The position numbers were made by a program, and so were the translations under genes. A stretch of DNA of 64,000 nt from an uncultured Methanoregulaceae archaeon (GTDB taxonomy: Archaea > Halobacteriota > Methanomicrobia > Methanomicrobiales > Methanospirillaceae): NCBI GenBank assembly GCA_963705255.1, contig OY970061.1, forward strand, positions 1,568,001 through 1,632,000. Direction: 5' to 3'. Under the pieces are notes generated by a model, which was not told the DNA's origin, did not search any database, and saw nothing but the letters and a program-made list of their open reading frames with translations. This document shows, piece after piece, positions 11,029 through 21,135 of this stretch; positions within the stretch are counted from its first letter, which is position 1, and every line of letters begins with the position of its first letter.

Positions 11029-11370
11029 ATGGCCGTCCTTTCTGTGGATTGTCTCTTTGATGCAGCGATTCGTATCCAGCTGCTGGAACGTTCGATTACG
11101 ATCTCGTTCACGGACAACACCATACGGATAAAATTCCCGACTACACGGAGGCTTGCAGAATTTCTCGATGTACCACACTATTACATCCTTCCGTACTTTG
11201 CCATGATGGAACAGGAAGAGCTGGTCACCCGTGCTGAACGTGTCGGGATCCTGACTACGGCAAAGGGGAGCCGGAAAATGATAGAACTTATGAAGGAGAA
11301 ATACAAAAGCGAGACCTCAAGGATCCTCGGGCAGGAGATCTTTGACAACTTGTCTAGAAGAATTGATTAA
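11029..11370 (+). CDS. Putative winged-helix (GntR-like) transcriptional regulator
   Basis: FPTTRRLAEFLDV...MEQEELVTRAERVG resembles the GntR LPSxRxLAxxLxV...LExEGLVxR HTH pattern. Confidence 0.6.
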   Translation: MAVLSVDCLFDAAIRIQLLERSITISFTDNTIRIKFPTTRRLAEFLDVPHYYILPYFAMMEQEELVTRAERVGILTTAKGSRKMIELMKEKYKSETSRILGQEIFDNLSRRID

Positions 11371-11524
11371 AACGGACAGGAAATTTTTATTGTTTAACAA
11401 TTTTAAAAAATCAATCAGTTATCGTATAAACCATCTGCTTACCAACTGATTAGCATTTTATTTTAACATATGATAAAAAGAAACATTCAATAATTTCTCT
11501 GCAAAAGGTTATCCCGGTCATACT

Positions 11525-12569
11525 ATGACTAAACATGTACCATTAGGATTCATCGCAATTATGATTGCAGTAATTTTCGCTGCAATTCTCGTTACTGGAT
11601 GCACGAATACTCAGGGAACGTCAACACCCGCCGCAACACCGGCCCCCACTGAGAACGCACAACAGAACCTGGTCATCGCAACGACCACGAGCCTTTACGA
11701 TACAGGTCTTCTCAACTACCTGCAGCCTAAGTTTGAATCGCAGTATAATGTCAAGCTGCTGATAACATCCCAAGGAACCGGAAAAGCGATCGAGCTTGCA
11801 AAGCGTGGTGACGCAGACGTACTGCTTGTCCACTCTCCCGCCCAGGAACTGGCATTCATGAAAGGCGGATACGGCCTGAACCGGCGGTCATTCGCATCGA
11901 ACTCGTTCATGATTGTTGGTCCTGCGACGGACCCTGCAGGTGTCATCAACATGACTCCGGAGAACGCTTTCACCACGATCCTCCTCGAAGGCACAAACAA
12001 GACAGCAAACGTGTCTTTCGTTTCCCGTGGTGACGGGTCAGGGACGCAGACTGCTGAAATAAATATCTGGAAAAATGCCGGGTATAATTACACCCAGAAC
12101 GTCGAGAAATCCGGAAACTGGTATATCGAGACGGGACAGGGTATGGGAGCGACCCTCCAGATGGCAAGCCAGTTGGGTGCTTATACCCTGACCGACGAGG
12201 GCACGTACCTCGCTTACAAAGGCAACCTGACCCTTGTACCGGTCATCACCAAGGGCTCAAGCCTGCTCAACATCTACAGTGTCATGGCGGTCTACAATGA
12301 CAAGCAGCCTGCAGACAAGATCCAGATGGCAAACAACTTCATCAACTTCCTGATCTCCCCGCAGACCCAGGCAGATATCGGAAACTATGGCGTGGCTCAG
12401 GTACGGGAAGTCGCTTTTCATCCCGATGAGCGTCAGCGTCCCGAACGCCCCTGCCGGGTGGGTCGGTGACCACACCACTCTGGCAACGGATCTCGCGCCA
12501 GCCGCAACGGCAACAACTGCCATGGCTACTACCGCTGCCCCGGCCGCCAATGCGACAACAACATCATAA
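11525..12569 (+). CDS. tupA: Tungstate ABC transporter substrate-binding lipoprotein; +1 frameshift at ~12400
   Basis: Lipobox VTGC; TupA signatures ATTTSLYDTGLL, GTGKA, GDADVLLVH, FVSRGDGSG, YTLTDEGTY; C-terminus continues YGKSLF...ANATTTS in another frame. Confidence 0.88.
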
Positions 12570-12649
12570 CCTCCCTTTTTTAAACCGATACCGCTACCAG
12601 ATATTCGGAATTTTTCCTGCCCTGATCGGAAAGGGAACAGGTTGGGCCT

Positions 12650-13816
12650 TCAGCAGCTTCCCTGTACCTTCTGACCCCGCGTCCACCCGTACAGGTAAAC
12701 GATGATCATACCGGCAATGAAAGCGATTGTCATGGAGCTGACCAGGGCAAGCAGCCCGATGATAATTGTCACGAAGAGGCTGTCGGTTTTGAGGCTGTGA
12801 CGCCCCATTTCAATACCGACAAATACCAGAAGGGCGCCGAGAACGCCGACAGCAATGATGGAAAGGACCTGGGGCGAAGTGAAGAAAAGGGCAAGCACGA
12901 TGAAGATCAGGCCTGCGTATACATTTGCTCCTCCTGTCCGTGCCCCATACCGGTACTGTCCCGCTAGCCCCCCGGCGCCGTGACACATCGGGAATCCCCC
13001 GAACGGGACAGATGTCAGGTTCATCAACCCGATCGTGGCCGAGAATTTTTTCGGGGGCACGTCTTTCCCGAAAAGGTCTTTGGTGAGGAGCGATGTCGCA
13101 AGGATCGCATTCGCTATGGTGAGGACTACCTGCGGCAGGACCAGCGTTGAGAGGGCCGACGGAAAATCGCCGGGAAGCGGGATCACGAGCTGCGGGAAGG
13201 GGATGAGGCTCACCGGGGGGATACCGGAGATGAGAATTCCCCCGATAAAGCCAACGGCGATAACGCAGATCGATGAGAGATCAGGGAACGATCGGTAGCG
13301 TACCAGGATAAGAAAACCGACGATGATCGCAATACCGATACCAAAGAAGAGGGGATCCTTGATCACGAAACCGGCCGAAGACTTAAAAAGGAGCAGAGCG
13401 AGACCCAGCTGGATCCCCCGGACCACACTCTGGGGTACCCATCGTTCGATCATCTCAAAAAAACGTCCATAGCCGAGCACAAGGAATATGACGCCCAGTA
13501 TAAGCCCGGATGCCGCAATCTCTCCTGCTGAAATACCCCCGACAGCTCCGGCAGCGATAACGACGACCGCAATTGCTTTCATCGGTTCGAGCGGGATCGG
13601 CAGACGGTAATACAGGCCGGTCAAGATGAACCATATCCCAAAAAAGAGGAGAATGTAACGGGGATTGACGTCCGACACAAGGGCGACCGCAAGGATGAGG
13701 GGGATGATAGTCCCGAAATCCCCAAGGGATCCTGCAAGCTCGGAAAGGGAGAAGGAGAAGGGTACTGGTAGATCCGGGGGTTGGGTGTTGGTGTCCATAG
13801 ATGGCTGATCAGGCAA
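12650..13816 (-). CDS. MOT1-family molybdate transporter (putative sulfate/molybdate transporter)
   Basis: ELAGSLGDFGT, PIPLEPMKAI, VVRGIQLGL, PMCHGAGGLAGQYRYGARTG MOT1 motifs. Confidence 0.88.
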   Translation of the reverse strand: MPDQPSMDTNTQPPDLPVPFSFSLSELAGSLGDFGTIIPLILAVALVSDVNPRYILLFFGIWFILTGLYYRLPIPLEPMKAIAVVVIAAGAVGGISAGEIAASGLILGVIFLVLGYGRFFEMIERWVPQSVVRGIQLGLALLLFKSSAGFVIKDPLFFGIGIAIIVGFLILVRYRSFPDLSSICVIAVGFIGGILISGIPPVSLIPFPQLVIPLPGDFPSALSTLVLPQVVLTIANAILATSLLTKDLFGKDVPPKKFSATIGLMNLTSVPFGGFPMCHGAGGLAGQYRYGARTGGANVYAGLIFIVLALFFTSPQVLSIIAVGVLGALLVFVGIEMGRHSLKTDSLFVTIIIGLLALVSSMTIAFIAGMIIVYLYGWTRGQKVQGSC

Positions 13817-13976
13817 AACGAATCAGATTTCTTTCACATACCGGGAAGTTACGAAACGGCATTGAACAATAATTAAAATAAAGTAAAGGCGATTATAACA
13901 ATTAACCTTTTCAAAGGGACATTCTTTACCGGATTCGCGGAATACCGCACAGAAGGGATGGGATACAGGAGGCAGG

Positions 13977-14708
13977 ATGGGAGATATAACCTCGGGATTT
14001 GTCCAGGCAATCAACCTGATCATCACCCTCAACCCGGAAGTCCTGCAGATCGCAGCACTCTCTCTCTATATTTCCCTCTCGGCAACAATCTTTGCAGCCT
14101 GCATTTCCATACCTGCCGGCGGGTTCATCCATTTTTACGAGTTCCGGGGAAAGCAGGTACTTATCACCCTTATCCAGACCCTGTACTCCGTCCCAACGGT
14201 TGTTGTCGGCCTCCTGATCTACCTGATGATCTCGAGGAGCGGCCCGCTGGGACCCCTGGGCCTCCTTTTTACCCCGGAAGGGATGATACTCGGCCAGACC
14301 GTGCTGATCATTCCCATCCTGATAGGTCTGGTTATCGCCGCACTCGGGGGGGTCGACCGCACTATCAGAGATACTCTCGTATCACTCGGAGCGACCGGGT
14401 TCCAGAGCATTATCCAGATCGTGAAGGAGGCGCGGTACGCAATTCTCAGCGCGGTAGTCCTCGGTTTCGGGCGGGCAATCTCCGAGGTCGGTGTTGCGAT
14501 GATGGTCGGGGGAAACATACGGGGCGAGACCCGTGTTCTGACAACGGCCATCGCACTCCAGACAGGCATCGGGGACTTCGGGTTTTCCGTCGCTCTTGGT
14601 ATCATCCTTCTCGGTATAGCACTTATCATCGTTGTCACTATGCACGTCATCACATCGGGCGCTTTCGGGACGTTTGAGCAGATCTCGGGGGGCGCACCAC
14701 GGGCCTGA
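13977..14708 (+). CDS. tupB: Tungstate ABC transporter permease
   Basis: PTVVVGL, SRSGPLG, FGRAISEVG, VGGNIRGETRVLTTAI. Confidence 0.9.
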   Translation: MGDITSGFVQAINLIITLNPEVLQIAALSLYISLSATIFAACISIPAGGFIHFYEFRGKQVLITLIQTLYSVPTVVVGLLIYLMISRSGPLGPLGLLFTPEGMILGQTVLIIPILIGLVIAALGGVDRTIRDTLVSLGATGFQSIIQIVKEARYAILSAVVLGFGRAISEVGVAMMVGGNIRGETRVLTTAIALQTGIGDFGFSVALGIILLGIALIIVVTMHVITSGAFGTFEQISGGAPRA

Positions 14709-15802
14709 TTGATATCTCTGGTGTATCCCGCGAAACTGGCGGGAGAACTATCCTGGAAGGGATCACCCTTGGGATCAGGAAAGGCGAAGTATTTACCCTG
14801 ATCGGCCCGAGCGGGAGCGGCAAAACAACCCTCCTCCGCATCATCGATCTCCTCGATAACCCCACAGGCGGACAGATCCTTTTTGATGGTGTCGATACCA
14901 GAGCCCCGGAATCTGTCCGCCTTTCACTCCGGCGCCGCATGGGGATGGTCTTCCAGAAACCCGGGGTACTCAACACGACCGTTGCGGAAAATGTTGCATT
15001 CGGCTTGAAATTCCGGGGCATTCCAAGAGATGAAATCAGAGAAAAAGTCCCGGCAGCCCTCGAGCTCGTGGGCCTTCCCCACTTCGCGGAACGCCGTGCA
15101 GTAACCCTGTCCGGGGGTGAGATGCAGCGCGTGGCGATAGCCCGTGCCATGGTGACCGAACCCGATGTGCTCCTCCTTGACGAGCCGACCGCGAACCTCG
15201 ATCCGGTCTCTTCGGAACTGATAGAAAACCTCGTGGTCCGCATCAACCGGGAACTGCACACGACAGTTGTCATGGCCACCCATGACATGATCCAGGGACA
15301 GCGCCTTGCAGACCATATCGGGGTTATCATGGGAGGGCGGATCGTCCAGGTCGGCACCATCAATGATATCTTCTACCAACCGGCGGGAAAGGAGATCGCG
15401 CGTTTCGTCGGGATCGATACGGTCCTGAAAGGAGTTGTCAGGAGCAACGACGGGGGACATGCTCTGGTCGGAATTGGAGATGTCGTGTTTGATGTGATAA
15501 CGCCCGTCCAGCCGGGAGAGCGGGTGGCTCTCTATATACGGCCTGAGGAAGTGACCATAACTCTGCCCGGTGACGGTTCGTCACGGACAAGCGTGCGGAA
15601 CCAGCTCGCCGGGACCATAACCAGGATGGTACCTCTGGGACCATTTATCAGGATCACCGTGGATTTCGGGTCGCAACTCACGGCCCTTATCACCCGGAGG
15701 TCCTGTCATGAGCTCAATATCAGTGTCGGAACGGTTGTCACCGCAGGGATAAAAGCTTCAGCCATTCATGTCCTGCCGGATACCGTTGGCACAACCCGGT
15801 AA
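14699..15802 (+). CDS. tupC: Tungstate ABC transporter ATPase with C-terminal TOBE domains; frame opens upstream of the first ATG, apparent start codon ACG at 14699
   Basis: Walker A GPSGSGKT lies at ~14803-14827, upstream of ATG 14939; LSGGEMQR, LLLDEPT; TOBE SVRNQLAGTI. Confidence 0.85.
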   Translation, partial: TGLIDISGVSRETGGRTILEGITLGIRKGEVFTLIGPSGSGKTTLLRIIDLLDNPTGGQILFDGVDTRAPESVRLSLRRRMGMVFQKPGVLNTTVAENVAFGLKFRGIPRDEIREKVPAALELVGLPHFAERRAVTLSGGEMQRVAIARAMVTEPDVLLLDEPTANLDPVSSELIENLVVRINRELHTTVVMATHDMIQGQRLADHIGVIMGGRIVQVGTINDIFYQPAGKEIARFVGIDTVLKGVVRSNDGGHALVGIGDVVFDVITPVQPGERVALYIRPEEVTITLPGDGSSRTSVRNQLAGTITRMVPLGPFIRITVDFGSQLTALITRRSCHELNISVGTVVTAGIKASAIHVLPDTVGTTR

Positions 15803-15907
15803 CTCCGGCTGAAAGCTGGATCAGGATACTGGAGGGAGCGCTTCCCGGAATTGTTCAGGAAAAAGGGGACCGGCAGGTCATCGCCGGAAGCGCAGGCAGC
15901 GAAAAAA

Positions 15908-17161
15908 TTAATGGCCCTTCATCGGGTTGAACACGTTCTCATAGATCATGTCGCTGCCGGTGTTGTGCAGCCGCTCGCGCTCCACCTTCTCCTCTGCATA
16001 GGCGAGGATCGGGAGCTCCATGCTGACACCGGGAGTGTGGCCGAACATCTTCTCGAGTTCGACCTGCTGGGAATGCATGAAGAGAGCGTTCGGGATCTCG
16101 GCCGGGCAGAGTTCCTGGCACTGGCCGCAGTTCACGCAGGACGGTGCGATGTGGGCGAACCGGATGAGGTGGAACATGAAGTTCGGTGGGACTTCTCCGG
16201 GCGTCACATAGGCCGGGTTCTTGGTGGTGCAGTCTACACAGTAACAGATCGGGCATGCACTGATGCAGGAATAGCACTTGATACAGCGGGAGGTCTCGGT
16301 CATGATCTTCCTGAGCCGCTCCTTGCCCTCGCCAAGCGCTTCAAAGTCATGCTTTCGCCACTTATCGCCGAGCTTGAGCATCGCACCCTCGACCTTCCCC
16401 CGGATATCGAGTCCTTTGGGATTTGCGGCTTCGGTGGTAAGGAGGCCCTTCTTCACCGCGCCATCAAGGAGGTTTGCACCTTTCTCGCTGCAGACCTCGA
16501 CGAATGTAGCCTTGCCGGCACGGGGCCCGATAACCCCCCAGTTCCCGCAGGCCAGGTCGGCCTGGCGGGGGACTTTCATCTTGCAGCGGCGGCAGTTGGA
16601 CCTGCGGCCGTAGCCGGCCTCTTCGAGCTCGTCGACCGAGATGCCCTTGTGGCCTCCTTCGTACTCAATGATGAACTGGCCCTTGTCGATCTCTTCCTTG
16701 TGAACAACGTCCGGGTCTACACCGTACTTGTCAGCGATCATCTTCCTGGCGAGGACCGGGCTGACCGAGCCGCCGCAGTTGACCCCTATCATGACCACGT
16801 TGTCGAGGTTGATCTGCTGGCGTTTGGCGAGTTCGTAGAATGCCATCGCGTCGCAGCCCTTCACGGTCACACCGATCTTCATATTCTCGGCACCTTCCAG
16901 GTACTTCTTGACGAGCTTGGGCAGGAGCAGAGTACCGCAGTGGAGGGACCCGGCCGTCTTTGCAAGTTCCTTGGGGTCGGAGATCAGGACCGGTTGTGCA
17001 TCGTAAAGGTCGGTACCCCTGGTAATAACGAACACCGCGTCCACCATCTTTGACTCCAGCGCATATTTCCACAGGCTGGTGACTGCACCGCCGAGTTCGG
17101 CCTTCTTCTGGATCTCGGCATCGTTGGTCCATGCGTAGAGCATGTCGCCTTTCTTTGTCAT
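15908..17161 (-). CDS. fdhB: F420-dependent formate dehydrogenase beta subunit, copy 2
   Basis: Near-identical to 4594-5844 with the same motifs. Confidence 0.95.
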   Translation of the reverse strand: MTKKGDMLYAWTNDAEIQKKAELGGAVTSLWKYALESKMVDAVFVITRGTDLYDAQPVLISDPKELAKTAGSLHCGTLLLPKLVKKYLEGAENMKIGVTVKGCDAMAFYELAKRQQINLDNVVMIGVNCGGSVSPVLARKMIADKYGVDPDVVHKEEIDKGQFIIEYEGGHKGISVDELEEAGYGRRSNCRRCKMKVPRQADLACGNWGVIGPRAGKATFVEVCSEKGANLLDGAVKKGLLTTEAANPKGLDIRGKVEGAMLKLGDKWRKHDFEALGEGKERLRKIMTETSRCIKCYSCISACPICYCVDCTTKNPAYVTPGEVPPNFMFHLIRFAHIAPSCVNCGQCQELCPAEIPNALFMHSQQVELEKMFGHTPGVSMELPILAYAEEKVERERLHNTGSDMIYENVFNPMKGH

Positions 17162-17162
17162 G

Positions 17163-19232
17163 TTACTGCGCCTCCGCAATCTTCTCGATTCTCAAAGCAC
17201 ACGCCTTGTACTCCGGGATCTTTGCCGTCGGGTCAAGCGCATTGTTGGTGAGCACGTTTGCTGCGCATTCCACAAAGTGGAACGGGATAAAGACCTCCCC
17301 TCTCTTTATGCCTTTCGTTACCCGTGCGCCAAGGGTAATCTCCCCTCTGCGGGAGACCGCCTTGACCATCTCCTTGTCCTTTATCCCCCATTCCTTTGCA
17401 TCCTCGGTGTTGATCTCGACCCAGCCGGTCGGTTCCTCGCGCTCAAGGCTGGGTGAGCGTCGGGTCATCGAGCCGGTATGCCACTGCCATATGCAGCGCC
17501 CGGTGGTTAAGATTATCGGGAAGTCCTTGTCCGGCACTTCGGCCGGGTACTTGAACTCAATGGGCGTGAAGATGCCGAGCCCGTCGGGGTGGGCAAACTT
17601 TTCTTTGTGCAGGATCGGGGTTCCCGGGTGCTCTAGGGTAGGGCAGGGCCAGTGGAGCGCTTCGGGCTTCTCAAGGCGTGCATAGTTCATGCCGCCATAG
17701 GAGGGAGTGACTTTTGCAACCTCGGTGAAGATCTCTTCCGGGCTCTTGAACGGGAACTGCTTCTCGTACCCCATGACCTTGGCAAGCTCGCAGATGATCT
17801 GCCAGTCGGCCTTTGCCTCACCTGGCGGGTCCTGTGCTTTCCTCCACTTCTGGACACGACGCTCGGTTGACGTCTGCGTTCCGTCCTTTTCGGCAAAACA
17901 AGCTGCCGGTAATACAACGTTGGCGAGCTGGGCGGTCTCGGTCAGGAAGATGTCCTGCACGACAATGAACTCGGCATTCTTCAGGCCCTTCTCCACATGG
18001 TGGAGGTCAGGGTCGGAAACCATCGGGTTTTCCCCCATGATATACAGGCACTTGAGCTTGCCGGGTGTATCGGCAAGGACATTGACCATCTCGGTGACCG
18101 TGTAGCCGACCTTGCCCTCAGCGATGTCGCAGCCCCATGCATCCGTCATCTTCTTGCGGAGATCGGCGTTGATGACCGCCTGGTAGCCGGAGTAGACGTT
18201 TGGCAGCGCGCCCATGTCGCAGGCGCCCTGCACATTGTTCTGGCCGCGGAGTGCGCAGACGCCGCCGCCCCGTTTCCCGAGGTGGCCGGTCAGCATCTGG
18301 AGGTTTGCAACCGATTTGACGTTGTCGACACCGGTCGTGTGCTGGGTGATACCCATCGAGTAAAGGACATTGCTCGACTCGGCCTTCGCAATCCACTCTG
18401 CAGCCTGTGCGAGCTGGGGAGCGGGGATACCGCAGATCTTGGAGACGTTTTCTAAGGTGTATGCCTCTTTCATCACGACTTCCTTGAGCTTCTCGAAATC
18501 CTTCGTCCGGTTCTTGATGAAGTCCTTGTTCTCCCAGCCGTTCCTGATGATGTACTGCATCATGCCGTTGAGGATGGCTACGTCCGTGCCTGAGTGGAAC
18601 TGCATGTAGAGGTCGGCCTGCTTCGCCGTCGGGGTCAGCCGCGGGTCTGCTACGATAACCTTGCCTCCGCGTTGCCGGGCGAGCATGATCTGCCGGCCGA
18701 TGAGCGGGTGGTTCTCAAAGGTATTGGAGCCGAGAACAAACACACACTTGGACTCACCGATATCGGTGATCGAGTTGGTCATCGCGCCGGAGCCGAATGC
18801 CCCGGCAAGCCCGACGACCGTTGACGCGTGGCAGAGCCGGGCGCAGTGGTCGACGTTGGGGGTCTTTAACACGGCCCGTGCAAACTTCTGCATCAGGTAG
18901 TTCTCCTCATTCGAGACACGGGCCGATGAGAGGCACTGGATCTCGTCGCCCTTGTAAGACTTGAACTTCTGGGCAATCAGCTTGTATGCCTCATCCCAAC
19001 TCGCCTCTTCGAACCTGCCGTCCTTTTTGATCAGCGGTCTGGTCAGGCGATCGGGGCTGTTGATGAACTCCCAGGCATAGTTGCCCTTGGGGCAGAGCTT
19101 GCCTTCATTGACCGGGTTGCGGTGCCAAGGCTGGACGCCGACGACCTTCTTGTCCACGACAACAAGATTGAAGCCGCACCCGGTTCCGCAGTACGGACAC
19201 GTGGTTGGTACATATTTGAATTCCATGTTCAC
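17163..19232 (-). CDS. fdhA: Formate dehydrogenase alpha subunit, copy 2 (Cys ligand)
   Basis: TTCPYCGTGC, HCARLCHAST, RGQNNVQGACDMGAL; intact 689-aa ORF. Confidence 0.95.
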   Translation of the reverse strand: MNMEFKYVPTTCPYCGTGCGFNLVVVDKKVVGVQPWHRNPVNEGKLCPKGNYAWEFINSPDRLTRPLIKKDGRFEEASWDEAYKLIAQKFKSYKGDEIQCLSSARVSNEENYLMQKFARAVLKTPNVDHCARLCHASTVVGLAGAFGSGAMTNSITDIGESKCVFVLGSNTFENHPLIGRQIMLARQRGGKVIVADPRLTPTAKQADLYMQFHSGTDVAILNGMMQYIIRNGWENKDFIKNRTKDFEKLKEVVMKEAYTLENVSKICGIPAPQLAQAAEWIAKAESSNVLYSMGITQHTTGVDNVKSVANLQMLTGHLGKRGGGVCALRGQNNVQGACDMGALPNVYSGYQAVINADLRKKMTDAWGCDIAEGKVGYTVTEMVNVLADTPGKLKCLYIMGENPMVSDPDLHHVEKGLKNAEFIVVQDIFLTETAQLANVVLPAACFAEKDGTQTSTERRVQKWRKAQDPPGEAKADWQIICELAKVMGYEKQFPFKSPEEIFTEVAKVTPSYGGMNYARLEKPEALHWPCPTLEHPGTPILHKEKFAHPDGLGIFTPIEFKYPAEVPDKDFPIILTTGRCIWQWHTGSMTRRSPSLEREEPTGWVEINTEDAKEWGIKDKEMVKAVSRRGEITLGARVTKGIKRGEVFIPFHFVECAANVLTNNALDPTAKIPEYKACALRIEKIAEAQ

Positions 19233-19796
19233 ACCTCTATCAACAGGAAATCTCGTAAAACAGTATTTAAACTCACGCGAAAAATTCCTAGAAATGATGA
19301 TTAATGGTGGGTAGCACGATTAACCGGATTTTGTAAATTTCATGCACGGGGGTAACATCCAATAGTTAATTTTTGATTGTTTTTCGGCAGGTAATGGGTT
19401 TTTTTGCAATGCGCGCAAAAGACCTTCAATCCGATCGCAGAAGAGAACGTGAAGGAAGAATGAGACCGGGATAATACCGATAGAAGATCTGTCATCGGAG
19501 AACAGAACATTCAATCTCCCCGGATATCACAACTCCTCCCGGAACCGGTGAGCGGAAAAGTATAGGGAAAGGGTATAATTACCACACCGGTTTTTGGGTC
19601 AATAGCCCACTTCTATGCAGGACAACTGGCGATCGCCCGTCAGGTTCGATCCGGGACAGGCCTCCGACAGGGTTTTACCGGATAATTTTTACCGGAGAAT
19701 TCTGATCATAATTTTGAACATTTTCAATTTTTTTATAAAATCAATGTGCTTAAATAGGGAAATTGTCAATAATCATTTAAACAAGGTGCGTATCCG

Positions 19797-20252
19797 ATGA
19801 AAGCAGATGATGCAAAAAAAATCATTTCGCTCGCTATTGACCGGGAAGTGGAAGCATATTCATTTTACCGCAGTGTTTCTGACAAGGTGAAGGACCCGGC
19901 ACTGAAATCACTTTTTAACGAGCTTGCTGGCGAAGAGAAAAAACACCGGGAATTCCTCCAAGCGTTCCTCTCACGGGATGTATCAAAATTCCATTTTGAT
20001 GCCGGGAAGGACTATAAAGTCGGGGATGCCCTTCCGACACCTGCCCTGTCCGTGGGCATGAAACCCCTCGAGGGGCTTGTCATCGCCATCAAGAAGGAAC
20101 TTGAAGCGATGCAGATGTATACCCAGCTTGCCAGCCATTCGACCGATGTCGAACAGCAGCTGCTCTTTTCCCAGCTTGCAAATATGGAGAGGGCCCACAA
20201 GGCCCGGCTTGAGGATATTTACACGAATATGGCCTTCCCGGAGGCATGGTGA
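19797..20252 (+). CDS. Rubrerythrin/ferritin-like diiron protein
   Basis: AIDREVEAYSFY, LAGEEKKH, AIKKELEA, LANMERAH ExxH pairs. Confidence 0.88.
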   Translation: MKADDAKKIISLAIDREVEAYSFYRSVSDKVKDPALKSLFNELAGEEKKHREFLQAFLSRDVSKFHFDAGKDYKVGDALPTPALSVGMKPLEGLVIAIKKELEAMQMYTQLASHSTDVEQQLLFSQLANMERAHKARLEDIYTNMAFPEAW

Positions 20253-20748
20253 CCGGATCGGGTACTGAAAACCAGCAGGATATATCCCGTATTTTTTTCT
20301 CTCACATTAGTTCTTCAGAAAATCCCGGTTCAGGGTGAATTGTCATCTTTTATCCCCGCAGATACCGGGCTCCATGACCAGAATTATTGGTAGTTATCAA
20401 AAAGGCATCTTTTAACCGCGCATAATCCCCAACAGGATCACTTCTTTTTTGGAGCCTGACCCCTCAGCACCCTGGAAGATCGCCCTCATCAGAACGTTGA
20501 ACTTCAGGGAATCTTAGATCCCGGATTTCACAGGTTACAGGAGGACCGTGGCATTCTTGTATCTGGCGAAGGAGGAGTCTGCAGGGGGGTTAAGGGCCGG
20601 GACAGCAAAAATATCTCCGGTCCGGGTTTCCTGCAGGGAGAGATCATCCCGGGGTAGGAAATGCCTGAAAAAAAGATGAAAGGAATTTCGCCAGAGAGTA
20701 TTCAATAAATTTATCAGGTTGTCAAAAGTAACAGTCATTAAGATCGCT

Positions 20749-20937
20749 ATGTCTGATTTGCTCACCGATATTCTGATTTATACAGGTATAGGGATTATTA
20801 CGTTCACGATTGGCATGATTCTCGGGTACCAGCTTCTGATCATGTACTATACGAAAAGGTTCATGATAGTTGCAAAAGAGTGCTCGGACACCGATTCCGT
20901 TATACCTATCGTGGATGAACTTGCCAAGGAGACGTAA
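20749..20937 (+). CDS. Small single-pass membrane protein
   Basis: 62 aa with one hydrophobic helix; paralogous to the next ORF. Confidence 0.6.
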   Translation: MSDLLTDILIYTGIGIITFTIGMILGYQLLIMYYTKRFMIVAKECSDTDSVIPIVDELAKET

Positions 20938-20949
20938 GGAGGAAACCCC

Positions 20950-21135
20950 ATGGTTGATGTCGTAAGTTACACCCTTATTATCATAACCTGCTTCTGCTTC
21001 GGGCTCATTGTCAGTTTCCAGATAGCGCATATCCATTACTGCAGGAAGCTTACCCTGCTGGTGAGGCGTTCCATATCCACAAAGACCATAGCGCCGGTCC
21101 TTGCCGAGTATGAGGCCCTGAAGCTGAAAAAATAA
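20950..21135 (+). CDS. Small single-pass membrane protein
   Basis: SD AGGAGG upstream; 61 aa with one TM helix; similar layout to the previous ORF. Confidence 0.65.
   Translation: MVDVVSYTLIIITCFCFGLIVSFQIAHIHYCRKLTLLVRRSISTKTIAPVLAEYEALKLKK

Noticed and set aside
5846-19232. Selenocysteine in FdhA
   Set aside because: Both active sites have Cys codons (ARICH, ARLCH); no in-frame TGA
19758-19780. Fur/DtxR-like box upstream of the rubrerythrin gene
   Set aside because: AATAATCATT is only a partial match in AT-rich promoter DNA
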